From positions 393,126 to 457,125 of the forward strand of contig NMRA01000258.1 of NCBI GenBank assembly GCA_002633005.1: a DNA stretch of 64,000 nucleotides. The letters run 5' to 3'. The position numbers and the translations under genes were made by a program. Source of the stretch: Phoronis australis (Eukaryota; Animalia; Phoronida). Shown here piece after piece: positions 46,922-59,300 of the stretch (the stretch's first letter is position 1; the number at the start of each line of letters is the position of its first letter). The notes below the pieces were generated by a model. The model was not told where the DNA came from. It saw only the letters and a program-made list of their open reading frames with translations, and did not search any database.

Positions 46922-48318
46922 CACCCAGTCTAAAATATAGGAGGGCTCGAATTTTTCGGTATGCGGAACTTTTACTGAAGGAATGGACTAAAAAAACGGG
47001 GTCGCTAGGTTCAGGCCCACGGTTTGTGCAACCGCGCCGAATTACCGTGAATTTTGTGGACTTTTGTCTCGTTTACCGGACTTTTTGTGTCACTCGTTTG
47101 AGCCTCCCGCCCCCCCCCCCCCAGGTGGGCCCATGCTTTGAACAGAGATTTTAAAGAATTGTTCCTCCAAATTGGTCTTTGGTCAACATGTTGATAACGA
47201 CATTTTGGAGGGAATCGTGTTTCAGATTTTTGAGGTGGGTCTTAGTTTTTTAATTATCCACTTTTAGAGAAGTTTGAGCAAAAACTGCCGTTTTCTTGAT
47301 GTTATAAGGCTTCTTTTCGAAAAACTAGGACTTATTTCAAAAACCTGAGACATAGTTCCTTAGAAAATGCTATTATCAACATGTTGACAAAAGACCAATA
47401 TGATTGGAGGAACAATGTTTTTAAAATCTTTCAGAAAATATATACTTCTTACGGATTACAACTCGAACGAAACCCCAGTTTGGCGAAGTACACAAAAAGG
47501 TCCGCATCAGAGAAAAGAAAACTCCGAAATAAAGAAGAAAACGAGACAAAGGTTCACTAAAATGCTGGAACTACCAAAAGTTGACGAATGCACAATTCGC
47601 TCTAGTGAACGCGCACCGTGAATCATCTATCTACTATCTATCTTTCCAGCCGGGGTCAGCGCTTAACACTGGCTCGCAGTCACGGATCCTGAACTGGCGC
47701 ATGTTACAAATTAAGTGCTGTGGTGAGGTGTGTATGTACAAGAGTCTAGTGTGAGGGTGCAGTGCAGTGTGCATGGAGTGCAGTGATAACTAATATAGAG
47801 GAGGGCTGTCTGAAAGTGATCCAGAGAGGCAGCACCGCAATTCAATGACGTGAGCACCGCTGAGGTATTCCAGGAGGCTGTCGTGGACATTACCAGCAAT
47901 ATTGAAACCGTGAACTGCGCATGCGCGAAAATCACTCAGTTAGCCCCCTTCGGGATACATGGGATTCGCAGAAAACACAGCGTGAGGGTCTTATTTATGA
48001 ATGAATCACATTTGCCGATAGCACATAACATAGATAAGTATTTTGTTAAAAACGTGGCCAAGTTTCAGCAAAATTGGAAAAAATTTTATGTTTAACATGG
48101 TATGGCCAAAGTTTTGGCTTATTTTGTCGCTTNCACCGCAATTCAATGACGTGAGCACCGCTGAGGTATTCCAGGAGGCTGTCGTGGAGGGGAACAGAAG
48201 GAATTTTGGAGGTATGCTGTGCGGCACTGAGGAGTCATGAAGTACATGCTATGGCATCTGCGTGTTGTAAAAGGTCCACATTCTCAAAAATTCGAGCCCC
48301 TATTTTTTAGGCTGGGTG
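46922..48318. mobile_element. TIR element with CAC..GTG termini containing a nested palindrome
   Basis: ~35-bp imperfect TIRs cacccagtctaaaatataggagggctcgaattttt / aaaaattcgagcccctattttttaggctgggtg. No clear target duplication. Confidence 0.65.
47146..47429. repeat. Long imperfect inverted repeat (~105-bp arms), probable nested MITE
   Basis: ttggtctttggtcaacatgttgataa pairs with ttatcaacatgttgacaaaagaccaa, with colinear flanks. Confidence 0.75.
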
Positions 48319-49060
48319 CGCGCTTATAAGCCTACTTTTATTTAGTTACTTTGGTTCCCCACTGAGAGCCGCCGGGCTGCACGTCAACGTTTACCATGTT
48401 GTTGCTGATAAGTTTTACTAAGATTATATTTTATATATGTGCTGCGTGGGTTTAATCAGATGTTTTTCATATAGTAATATATATAGCTAATAGCAGAGAC
48501 CATATTCGTCTGAGCGCACCTCAGTACTGCCAGGCTCCATCAGGCAAGTAAAACTAAATCCACCAGAGGACTCTGCTCCCGAAAACACCTAGCGGTTGTC
48601 TTACAAAGCAAGTTCCTTTCTTTTCCACGAGTTGTGTTAAAAGTGTTATTATAGGTTATTACCAATTTTACTGTTGGATGACGTACAGTCATGAGCTGGA
48701 ATCAAAGTGAGTATGCTTTATTTGCTCTGTCTTAACGTGTGCTTTTGCTCTTTGGTGTGCTATATTTATCTAAAGAATTTAGAACACACTTCCGTTGCAG
48801 TTGACGGCTAGCCTTGGCCTGAGCTGAGGCTGGGCTTGGCTTGGGGTAGGCAATTGATGCATCGCCCTGGATTCCGCAGGCGATAGTACATCCCCTCAAA
48901 AAGTTAATCATTTCAAAATACAGGAAATAAAATCAAATGAAACATGCATATATACACATGGAGTTATAAACAACTCATACCATAAGTCTGGAAACTATTC
49001 AGTCAAGATAATAATAACAAATCGATGAAAATCTGTCGCGGTTTCTCGAGTTTCTCTTAC

Positions 49061-49190
49061 CTGGTGCCATTTTGAGGAAAATACGTGAAATCTCGTGTTG
49101 CCTAGGCTTGGGGTAGGCAACACGTAGCCCCTTGGTTGGCCGGTTAGGGGCTACAATACTTGCCATCGCTTTGTTAGTTTGTGTACACAT
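49061..49190 (-). promoter_or_regulatory. Candidate SHOC2 first exon / promoter region
   Basis: On the minus strand, caaaatggc (YY1-like motif) is followed by a strong donor ccag|gtaaga at 49060 in a CpG-containing patch. Linkage to SHOC2 is inferred only from orientation. Confidence 0.35.
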
Positions 49191-49194
49191 TTAA

Positions 49195-49634
49195 ACGGGC
49201 GGTAGGCCAAATCCTGCCACCGATTTTGAGTTTTCACCTCGTCAAAAATACATTCTACACTTAAAACTATCACTTAAAAAAACACTTACTTTCTTCATTG
49301 GTCCTTTCTTCTTCTATACATATCTTCGATGAAGCTTAGTTTTGAGAATTAAGGTGACTTTGGCGAAGAATTCCAACTCCACTTTTTGGTTTGCCATTAA
49401 CTTTTTCACCACGTGCGCGATAACCACAAAGTATGTCAACTGAGTCACGTGAGTTAGGCAAAGTTATTGGTGACTAAAAGTGGAGTTGGAATTCTTCTTC
49501 ATCGAAGATATGTATAGAAGTAGAAAGGACCACTGAAGGAAGTAAGCGCTTATTAAATGATAGTTTTAAGTGTGTAATGTATTTTTGACAAGGTGAAAAC
49601 TCTTAATCCTTAGCGGTTTTCGCTTACTGCCCAT
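49195..49634. mobile_element. Near-fully palindromic MITE with TTAA target duplication (Kolobok-like)
   Basis: ~190-bp imperfect inverted arms, e.g. ttctatacatatcttcgatgaag / cttcatcgaagatatgtatagaa; TTAA at 49191-49194 and 49635-49638. Confidence 0.8.
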
Positions 49635-49899
49635 TTAAAATACACAGGACGAAATTCATACAGAAAGAGATGGGAAGTATTGTAGCCCCTAACAGACTAA
49701 CCGAGGGGCTACATGTTGCCTGATTGATTGGGTGCAAAGCTGTATACTGAATTTTCAGATTTGTGCTGATATAGGTCAAAAACGGATCAAATGAAATTTG
49801 ACACAAAATTAGTGTCGTAAAAAACTAAATTATTCACCGGTGTTGGAAAAATTGGCGTTCTACCATTATTCTGCTACTAAATGAAAGTTGTGGAACGAT

Positions 49900-50720
49900 C
49901 TTTTTTTATTTTTTATGTTATTTTTTACACAAAAAGACAAAGAACACCGCAGACATGCACACTCACACACACACATACCCCACAACTAATCCTCTTGACT
50001 GCTAAGAAAAACCGTTTCAAAGTTACACCATCTTTTTTGTACAAATTCTGAATTCAAATCCTTACGAGCATTATACTTTTCACTCATATAACATTCATTG
50101 ATGAAGTTAAAAAATCTACTTAGAAGTAATCTTTTTGATCCGAACTTTTGGGTATAAATAAACCGTTTACCCAATAATAAAACATTGTTTTTAAAATTTT
50201 CTTTTTTATCAAAAAGCTAAAAATAACGTTATTGCAGGAGAGAGTGCCGACACACTGGGGATTTGCTTTGCTTAGAATTTCGTTATTAACTTTTGTCCAA
50301 AATGAATTAACTGTTTCACATTCCCAAAATAAGTGTTTCAAGATCTCTTTCGATTGTCCACAAAAGAAAGAAGAGTCGTCATCCGTAACTTGAATTATTT
50401 TTAAAAATGATTTAGTAGTCAAAATTCTCGTCAAGAGTCTGAACTGAAGCCACCTAATTCTTGGGTCTCTTGTTGTGTTATATAGAAGGGAATAAACATC
50501 TTCCCATGAAAAATTATTTGTGTTTACGTTCACTTGGTTGGCCCATTTTGACTCCGCTTTTGAGACTTCGGAACTATAATTTAATTGTGTACAGATATGT
50601 TGACACCCTCCCTCACCACTTTTCAGTTTCATTAAAATCTTAGGCATAACAAGATAATATGCATCAAAACTGACAACTCTATCAATAGCACATTTCTGTT
50701 GGTACTTAAATATCACTAAA
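49900..50720 (-). mobile_element. 5'-truncated, frameshifted L1/Tx1-clade LINE: ORF2 C-terminal zf-RVT region plus 3' tail
   Basis: ORF 50120-50716 has W..Y..TRDPRIRWLQFRLLTRILTT, CGQSKEILKHLFWEC and SFW, typical of the zf-RVT/CCHC end. It continues in a shifted frame (GKRFIY..KY..KRW) and ends in a TG-rich tail with aataaa and A-runs. Confidence 0.85.
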
Positions 50721-50834
50721 ATTAGACTTTAGTATTTTAATACCAGCAAACTTCAAAACAAATTTTGCTGCTGCAAAGCTGTCACCTTCTGAGAGATGTC
50801 GCAAAATTTTAGAAATGGCGCCTGTCATGAGTGT

Positions 50835-51110
50835 ACTAGGTAGAGTTGAAGTAATGCTAGAACCTATGCTAGGTCCTCACTAAAATCTACCCAAAATCAC
50901 GTGTTCTCATTTAAAATGCACGACAGTGTCTCATGTAATCTCACGAAGTCTTGATTTTTAGCGAGGTCCTAGTGTTACTGAACTCTACTTAGTTATCAAA
51001 ATGGCGATGGACTTTTCTTTGTTACTCCCAGATGTTGCATCCACCCCCGCCGGTCATTAGCTCTAGATGCTGATATAAATTTCACGACATGGTGACGGAA
51101 CTACCCAGGT
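50835..51110 (+). promoter_or_regulatory. Candidate promoter / first exon of the plus-strand gene
   Basis: Imperfect palindrome 50835-50993 immediately followed by caaaatggcg (YY1-like) at ~50997, CpG-containing sequence and a possible donor ccag|gttgtg at ~51109. Confidence 0.35.
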
Positions 51111-51232
51111 TGTGTGAAATTTTGGGGTCTAACGGAGCTCAACACACAGTGGTACTTAGCTGTATTTTGACGATAGTCTTCGTACAGCTAGGTGGTTGGG
51201 TTAGGCCCAGGCTAAACAGAGATCACTGTTTC

Positions 51233-51581
51233 TAGCTGGCCCCAGTAGAAACAGTGAAGCTCATATAGGAGATGTACATTTTTAACACTGTGCATGCTCC
51301 TGGGGGTCGTGGTAAAAGTAGGAGCACGCACAGTGTAAAAATGGCCAGTTGCCAATTTGGGAAACTGAACGATGGACTGCTCGAAGAAAAGGTTTGATTA
51401 TGGGAATTTTTTGTTCGAGTTCGAAGGAATTAAAGACATCGACGGCCTCCTAATGGGTCCCTCTATGCGCAAAAGGTACTTATAACAACCTGACTTTGAT
51501 GTTTTAATCAGTGTAAGGTATAATTCTCCAAAAAGCCTCCAGCTCCTTTTGGAACTTCACTTTCTCTACTGGGGCCAGTTA
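51233..51581. mobile_element. MITE with ctggccccagtaga TIRs
   Basis: tagctggccccagtagaaacagtgaag is inverted to cttcactttctctactggggccagtta; internal hairpin at 51285-51336. Confidence 0.65.
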
Positions 51582-52069
51582 GAGATGGTTGTCACTGTCT
51601 AGGGCCAGGCTTGCTCTAAGCCAAGACTTGAAAAGGCAAGTGGTAGACTTAGTGTACAGCTGTGTAGAATTGGTGCAAGAGCTTGGTCAAAGGTGTATAA
51701 ATATACATATAGTTTTGGACCCATACAGGTAAAAAAATGTCCAAATTAAATCTGGCACAGATTTAATGTCATTAAAAACTGCACTCTTCCTTTCAAGAGT
51801 AAACAAAATTAATTAGCAAGGCGAATACAGGTGCTAATTAAAAATGCTGGTCTAATTCTCATTAAGTGAATATTGCAAATTCAAAAACCGCCCTGTGGTT
51901 TCTTTGATTTGGATCACGTCTTCACTTAACCCAGTTTTCTGTTGTAGAAGTGGAGACAGCACCATGCTTAGTAAACAAACCCTTAAAACAGGATTGTAAG
52001 GCTGCACAGTGAAAGTGTAGAATCAAGTGCCATTCACATCACACATCAGTTTACCTTAAGAAATACCGT

Positions 52070-52345
52070 GCCAAATATAACTGCACGGAAATCAAGCCCT
52101 TTGAAAAAAAACTTACTCGAAGATTCGACTTTTTACTATTTGCTTGTCACTCTGCCATTTATTTGCATTTTTGTGAGTTCGTGAACTAAAGCATTCACTT
52201 AGCTGATAGGCTGGCATTGGGGTCACTACATGTTGTCATTAGGTCAAAAACTGAGATCACAAGATGGCAGACGATTTGATTCGTCAGTGTTAGAGGAAGG
52301 TGAAAAGAGGCGAAATATAACCGGTAAGGTCGTTTGTGGTTTTCT
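52070..52345 (+). repeat. Dispersed repeat, copy 2 (related to 4390-4672)
   Basis: Colinear similarity to copy 1. Confidence 0.7.
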
Positions 52346-53201
52346 AAACATGTCAAGGAAATTTCATATGGTTTGTACTAACACACTGAACAAAAATTTC
52401 CACCCAATCTTTTGGTTTAAATCCATTTCACCAAGTGGTGAAAAGCCCTACATTATGCTGAGCATGGACTTCCTCTTTGGGGTTTGGTTGGCTTGTATTA
52501 CAAATCAATCTAGACTGTACCACTGTCTCATCTGGCCCCAGTAGAGAAGCTGGCCATCTCATCAGCCCTCCATATGCCCGAAGCTGGTAATTATTGAAAC
52601 ATGGATGATCCATGTTCCATGATGGATCCCCTCCATAACTACGAAACTACTCATCAGAGATTTAACGAAAGATGTCTCATTCTATTCGTCATTAATATCT
52701 ATTCAGGTGATGACATATTTCAGGTTCGACGTCATGATCTTTTGATACCTTGACTCAGAAACAAGGTACCTTACAGTGGTCCTACTATTACCTGGAAGCT
52801 TTTCACCGAATTGTGCCTCACACTGATTAAACCATCAGAGTCATGTTGCTGTATAAGTACCTTTTGTGCAGAAAGAGATACCTTAAGAGGTCGTTGATGT
52901 CTTAAACTTTTCCCCGCTTGATCAAATACTCCCACAGTCAATTTTTTAACAGTCTTTCATTCAGTTCCCCAAATCGGCAACTGGCCCCTTTTTACATTGC
53001 TCGCGCCAGGGGATATGACAGCATATCCTCTGAAGATAAATCTCAGTTGGCCTAGTAGGGTGCACGGGGGGATTATCAACCTGCTCCTTTAGGATGAGTA
53101 GCTTGGTATGTCCAAGGTACTAATAACTTTTGACTTGGACCACTTGGTTGTGAAGTTTGTCTCATCTTGATTATATGACAACAGTCTCATATTCTTTCCA
53201 G

Positions 53202-53353
53202 ACTACTCGTACAGTGGACAGTATCAGCCCCCGTTACCTCCAACCCCACCGGTACAACAGCCACCCCCTCCACCACCCAGTCAGCCGAACCATTACCAGC
53301 AACATTATAGTCACAGGACTGCTGCTGGTCAGACAGCATATGTTGCTCAACAG
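53202..53353 (+). CDS. Plus-gene exon a, Pro/Gln/Tyr-rich (YSYSGQYQPPLPPTPPVQQPPPPPPSQPNHYQQH...)
   Basis: tctttccag acceptor, gtaggt donor, phase 1 in and 0 out. Confidence 0.8.
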
Positions 53354-56300
53354 GTAGGTATTCTCAACACTTATACTACGTGGTTGAAAAAGTGCAAATA
53401 AAATTTGTTCTTCACCTGTTTAGCACACAATACGATAGCCAACTAGAATTTCACATTGCTGAATTCCTTATCAAAAATATCATGGAAAATTACTTTTAAC
53501 GTAGTTCAATAGAGTTATCAAGTGGTCTTAGGGTTTAAGTCCTCGGTGACAAAGTTTTTGAATCTTAAGTTATATCTATCTAAGTTTTGAGTCCTAAAAT
53601 ATATCTATCAAAGTTTTTGAGTCCTAAGTTATATCTATCAAAGTTTTTGAGTCTTAAGTTATGTCTATCAAAGTTCTTGAGTCTTAAGTTATATCTATCA
53701 AAGTTTCTGAGTCCTAAGTTATATCAAAATGTTTGAGTCCTATCAAAGTTTTCGAGTCCTAAGTTATATCTATCAAAGTTTTTGAGTCCTAAGTTATATC
53801 TATCAAAGTTTTTTTTTGAGATTGGTTTGTATACCTTGTTAACGTTACCAAAAATCTGCTTGTATAGTTTTATTCTCTTATAATGATGGAGTGTTTCACT
53901 GATGGTATTCCCTCTTAANNNNNNNNNNNNNNNNNNNNNNNNNNNNNNNNNNNNNNNNNNNNNNNNNNNNNNNNNNNNNNNNNNNNTGTCGGTGCCGTTT
54001 TTACTGACATTGGTCATGAACCTATCATGTGATATCAAAATTGTTCAGAAACGATTCTGTTTGAAGCAGGAACTGGAATAGAAAATTTGGTCAAAAATGA
54101 CTCATTCCACACCAAGAAATTGCCTCATTTTGCCCCCAAGAACACTTCTCTTGTACCTCCTAAGCCACCAATCTTTGTGGTGTCATACTTCACCCAATTT
54201 CTCTCATCCCTAATGTGATTTATCAGACTAAACATGGATCTGAATGGCTGACCCCCCACCTTGCCGCTTGTTGGCTGTACAGTGGTCGGTGGATCCGTGG
54301 ACTGATACTTAACATTTAATTGTTGCTTCCTGTCTTTGTCAATTTTTTGCTTAAGTGTAAAAGTCAGTTTATAAGTTTATTTGGTGGTTAAATTTACTTG
54401 TAGCCGCAGTATGCAACCTACTCTTATAATCCTGCATCTGGATATTATGGCAGTCATGTCCCAATGCCTAGTGGACAGTCGTCAGGGTACGCCAGTGGTC
54501 AAGCTCCTTTAGCTGGTGGACATCCCTATAGCTACAGCAGTGGTCAAGTCACAGCGTCCAGTGGTCAGTCATCTGGATATAGTAACAGTCAAGTCCAATT
54601 AGCCAATAAGTCAGGACATAACAGGGGTAATGTCCCATCAGCCACCAATCAGTCGTCTACATTTAAGAGTCGTCAAGTTTCATCGGCCACTGGTCAGTCA
54701 TCTGGCTCCAACAGTAGTCAAGCATCAGCAGCTAGGAATCAGACATCTGCTCCCAATAGTGGCAAAGTGCCATCATCTACTCATCAATCAGTGCCTCAGC
54801 AACAGTCGTCATATGCAGTGTCTGAGGTTGGAAAGGCTTTGGTGAAGAGTCTAGGTAAAGAACGTAGACACATGAGCAATATAATCATTTCTAATCTTAA
54901 CAGTTTTAGTTCATTTTAAATACTGATAAGTGCCAGGCTCCAGAATAATGGGAGTTTTAGTCATGTTTTTGTAACTTTTTTTATTCAATGATACTTAGCA
55001 CAATAAAGTTTTAATGTACTAATGATAAGAATCCAGTGGGGGAACCCTCTGAATATTTTCCTTATTTAAGACCTGGCCTGTCTTGGTAAGTAACAGATGC
55101 TATCTAATGTATCTAACTATGGTACAGTGTTGTTTATTGTTGTATCTGTGCTTTGTCACCAGCTTCTGTTCCTCTCTATCCTCTGAATTGCTTGAAGAAT
55201 CATGATTAGAGTTCAGTTGCATTCCTATTGACTAGAGGATTGCTGACTTGCTTTGTACCCTTCCCTCTCTCCCTCCCACCTCCCTCCCCAAGAGGGTATT
55301 TTGAGTTTACTAGCATTGGTCTCTTCAGTGGCAGTGAAAAAAAATAACGATCATCCCTTGTCTCTGCATTGTATGCGATGCAGGCTCTGTTTTGCTCATG
55401 TCACTCTCTTTTTGAAAATTTAAGATTTGCTGTACATTTTTGTCTGCTAGGTTCACTGTTAGCTTCACAACAAGCCAACCTGGAGAATATGGTGCAGAAA
55501 GCAAAGTCAAGCAATACTGTGTTGAAGCAGAAATTCGTCAAATCTAGTGGTCAGTAATCTCAATACTATTGTGCACTGAAAATACATGTAAAGTACGTGT
55601 AACAATTTGAAGTGGCTCTTAACACACGATTCGTCCAACACGTGAACTTTGGATCTTTAACGTCACTTGCCACTGTGAATTTGGTGGCAACGTTTCTTAC
55701 TCAGCTGAGAAGAGATATCATTTCTGAGAATACAAAGGACTAACAGTTTGGTGTTCCGCAGGGCTTGGAATTTTCCGCGGAAACGCGGATTTCCGCTTTT
55801 TTCAAATGTTCTGTCCGCGCATTTTATTATATTTCCGCGTTAAAAAAATCGGATTTGATATAAAATTCCCGCGGCAAATTCCTTTCTTACCGCGGTGTTG
55901 CAGACGACGTTCACCTCGAAAAGCAGAAGTTGCTCGTTATGTTTCAAAGGAACGTAAATTGTAAACATTGCCGGGGCATCTGGGATAGCATGGTAGGATT
56001 TTCAATGGCGTCTCGTGTTATTGTAAACCGCGGCGACAAATACTACGGCTCTGCAGCCAAAAATGTGTGGGTTGGGAGTGGACGGACGAGCTAAAAGGAC
56101 GCAGACGCATGCTAATGATGGTGGTAACGTTTTTTTTTTTTAGTCCTCCCGATTTTTGTCGGGAAAAGGTTCACATCGACCATTTCAAGGCTGGGTAGCG
56201 CGCATGATTTGGGCCGTAAAAGTTTCCGCGTTTTTTGTCATTGGTCATTCCAAGCCCTGATTCCGTGAGATGCTTAGGGCATAAAATGGCTCATCGAGAC

Positions 56301-59300
56301 AAATAACTTGTAGAGCCTGGTCTCAATCAATAACAAATCTTTTCAAGCCCAAGAACAATACAAGTTCTGACTGAGAAACACCAATTTCATACTTTAGCAG
56401 TAGGAATTGGTATATGTCAGAAGGCGGATTTATAGCCACTTCCAAGTACAAGTAATAACTTGAATAACCGTTCAATTGAATTGCCTCAGACAAGAGTTAT
56501 GTAACCTTTATTTCAAGTTCTGAGTCTGTGCTGATACTTAGGTAGACTAGGTGACGTTCCTCTTTGACCTTTGATCTTATTGAGGATCTCTGACAGTATA
56601 ACACTGATGTTGTACAGGAATTGAAATACTTACAGTACATGCGAAACTTACATTTAACTATGGTCAATTCATGTTTTGTGTCACCGTTGTCGTGTCCAGT
56701 TATTTTTGACGTCTGCTGTAGATAACTTTGAAGCATAAGTTCTATAATAAGTTTGTCATTATTGTAGTCGAAGTCTTGTAAGCTGATCAAATACTACTAG
56801 CTAATTTCAGTAGTCGTTGACTGTTTTATGCCATTAATGACATTACATTTTGGTTTTGATGTCTTGTACCAATTGAGAATTTTTTACAGAATGCACATTT
56901 TCCATTTCCTCTGTCCTGTTTCAGTACCTCTCACCAATACACTGGGGACAGGCCAGGTTCTGGAGGCCAGAAGCAACAAGTTGACCGTTCAGCTGGGCAA
57001 GTCTGGCATGGGTTATTCTGGCACTCAAGGGACTGCTAATCGAGGCAAACCCCGACAACAATGGGTGAAGAAGAAGAAGCCCCCCCATGGGGGCGCACAA
57101 CCACCACCAGCTCCACAGCAACCCAGCACAGGTCTGGGCTCTTCCACACTGTATTTGACTGTGGTTTACTGGAACACAAATTCTGTGTCTTTCAGAGGCC
57201 CAAAAGTTATGATCTCCGAAATGTTTGAGACTGTTTAGCTACCCACAACAGCCATCAATATGAAATAGTTACTCGTCTTTCCTTCAAAATTTAAATTGAA
57301 ACCCAAATCAGATGAGACTCTCATATTTTGCATACATAAGGGTTTTTGAAAGTTTGACATTCTGAACCCTTTACTGCTGCATTGTGGGAGATTTAGTGTA
57401 CTATTATATACCCTTTTGATCTTAAAATGTTTGCAATGTCATATGTGTTTTGTGGCATGTTCTTGAGAACTTTTACATGAAACTTATCAATTGTGTTTCA
57501 ATAGCCCATTACTTAAGTGCCTGAGCTGAACCATGGAGGCTTTTTGGACCGCCAAATGCAAAAAAAAAGGATTTGATATTCAGCGAAATGTTTGGACGTC
57601 TAAGTAGGCCTTGATGTTTAATTGCAGACAATTTTTGTAGCTGATAGAATACGGAAACAACATGCAATTTTCCTGTTATCCAAATTTGTGGAAGGCGAGG
57701 CAGTCTCTGTGAAAGATACTTTTTCAAAATAAACAGTCACATGACTTTAAACATGCAAGTATCATTTGGGTGCATATTGTACAATTCTGCGATCATCAGT
57801 GATTTGGAGCTTTCACCATTTCATGGATTCACAGTTTGAGTTGTTAGAGAATGCTTTGAAGAACTGTGACTCTCCTTAACTGAAAGAATGCAGTGTTCTT
57901 TCAAGTCAATCAGTATGACTCTACTTGATCTCATGTTGAACCTTGTGGTGCTTTTGTTACTTAACACGCCTTTTGGATAGACAATCCCAGTGTAAACCTT
58001 CGTGTACTCTCCTTAAAGAATGTTCACCAGTGAAGGGTAGTTCACAGCCCGGTAAAGCACCTGAGCTGTGTCCGAGTTGGAATAGGGTTAAATAGGAAAC
58101 TACAGGTGGACAAGAAAGGATCAAGTAATAGATGTGTTATAAACATTGAATAACATTTTGGGTTGATTTCCTTTTTTGGCATGAATCTATGAAACATGTC
58201 CTCATCATCGTCATTTTGATGTGAGCTCTGACCTGTTGTACACTTGATCGACTGCCAAATTTTCTCTGTTGCACTGCAATTCACATACCAGTCGGTAGCC
58301 CATCTCTGTATGTCGAAAGGCTACATTTCATTACAGATCCTAATTCTCATAATGTTCAGGAGTTGCTTTAATTCATCATCTTGAGGTCTGACACTGACGC
58401 TTTAAAATTTCCGAACTCGTTCCAGAAATTAAATTTTCCATTGTAAACATCATGTGTTACTTGAGGAAGCCCTGTTATGTATTCCACCTGTCGCAACTAT
58501 CTTTGAGATTCTGAGATTGGCTTGAGGATGATTTGTTAAAGCAATGTGGCTGTTACAACTCCATTATTTCCCTTTCTTGAATACTTCCAACACGCATTTG
58601 TAGGTGAGAAGAAGAAACCCAGGCCCCCCAAGGAGAAGGAAGTTTACCAGCTACATCACCATGGATTGGGTTATGAGGTGGACCCCTCTGCTCCTGCACC
58701 CACCCCTAACACCAAGATAGTCATCCTGGGTGGACAGGGAAAGGGTCGGGGGAAGAATGTAAGGTACGTTAAGACCGAGGAGTTTGACGTGTTGCATCCT
58801 GTGGCTGGGTAAAAGCCCCAGGGAACAATGCCTTCAGGCACATTACACAGAGCAAGTGCATTCCTATCAAAACGGAACAACTTGACGTTTTTCTTTGATA
58901 ATTCATCAACTTCTGTGCCCATTTTTGGCAGTTTCAATTTTTCACATTACGTCGCCAAAATCCCCCAAAGCCATATTTTTGCCATGGAGGAAGGCAACCG
59001 ACAATTTTCAAGCAAATTTGACCAGCGCTGTGCCACCTATTGGCAGTATGTTGTTTACCATCAGCTCAGTTTGCCAAACTCCTTCAAGAATTTTCATGAA
59101 ATTTGGCAGCTGTATTCTGTCAAGGGGCAGACAGCACCTATCAACTTTCTTTAGAATACAGCCCTGTGCCTGGGATGAGAGGTGCTTTGTGATACTCGTT
59201 TTATTTCTACTGTGAAGTAACAAGTTCGTGTGAGTACTAAGAGCGAGGTTTTTCATTTTTCACTTGCAGGATTATGCGCGAGTCGGTGTTGACGAATACA

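Noticed and set aside
50120-50716. Host protein-coding gene
   Set aside because: It is the frameshifted C-terminal fragment of a LINE ORF2, lacking the RT and endonuclease domains.
48000-53000. BBIP1 as the head-to-head partner of SHOC2, as in human
   Set aside because: I found no EVLPKQG or LCKPKL-like coding sequence by eye; a tBLASTn would be needed to exclude it.
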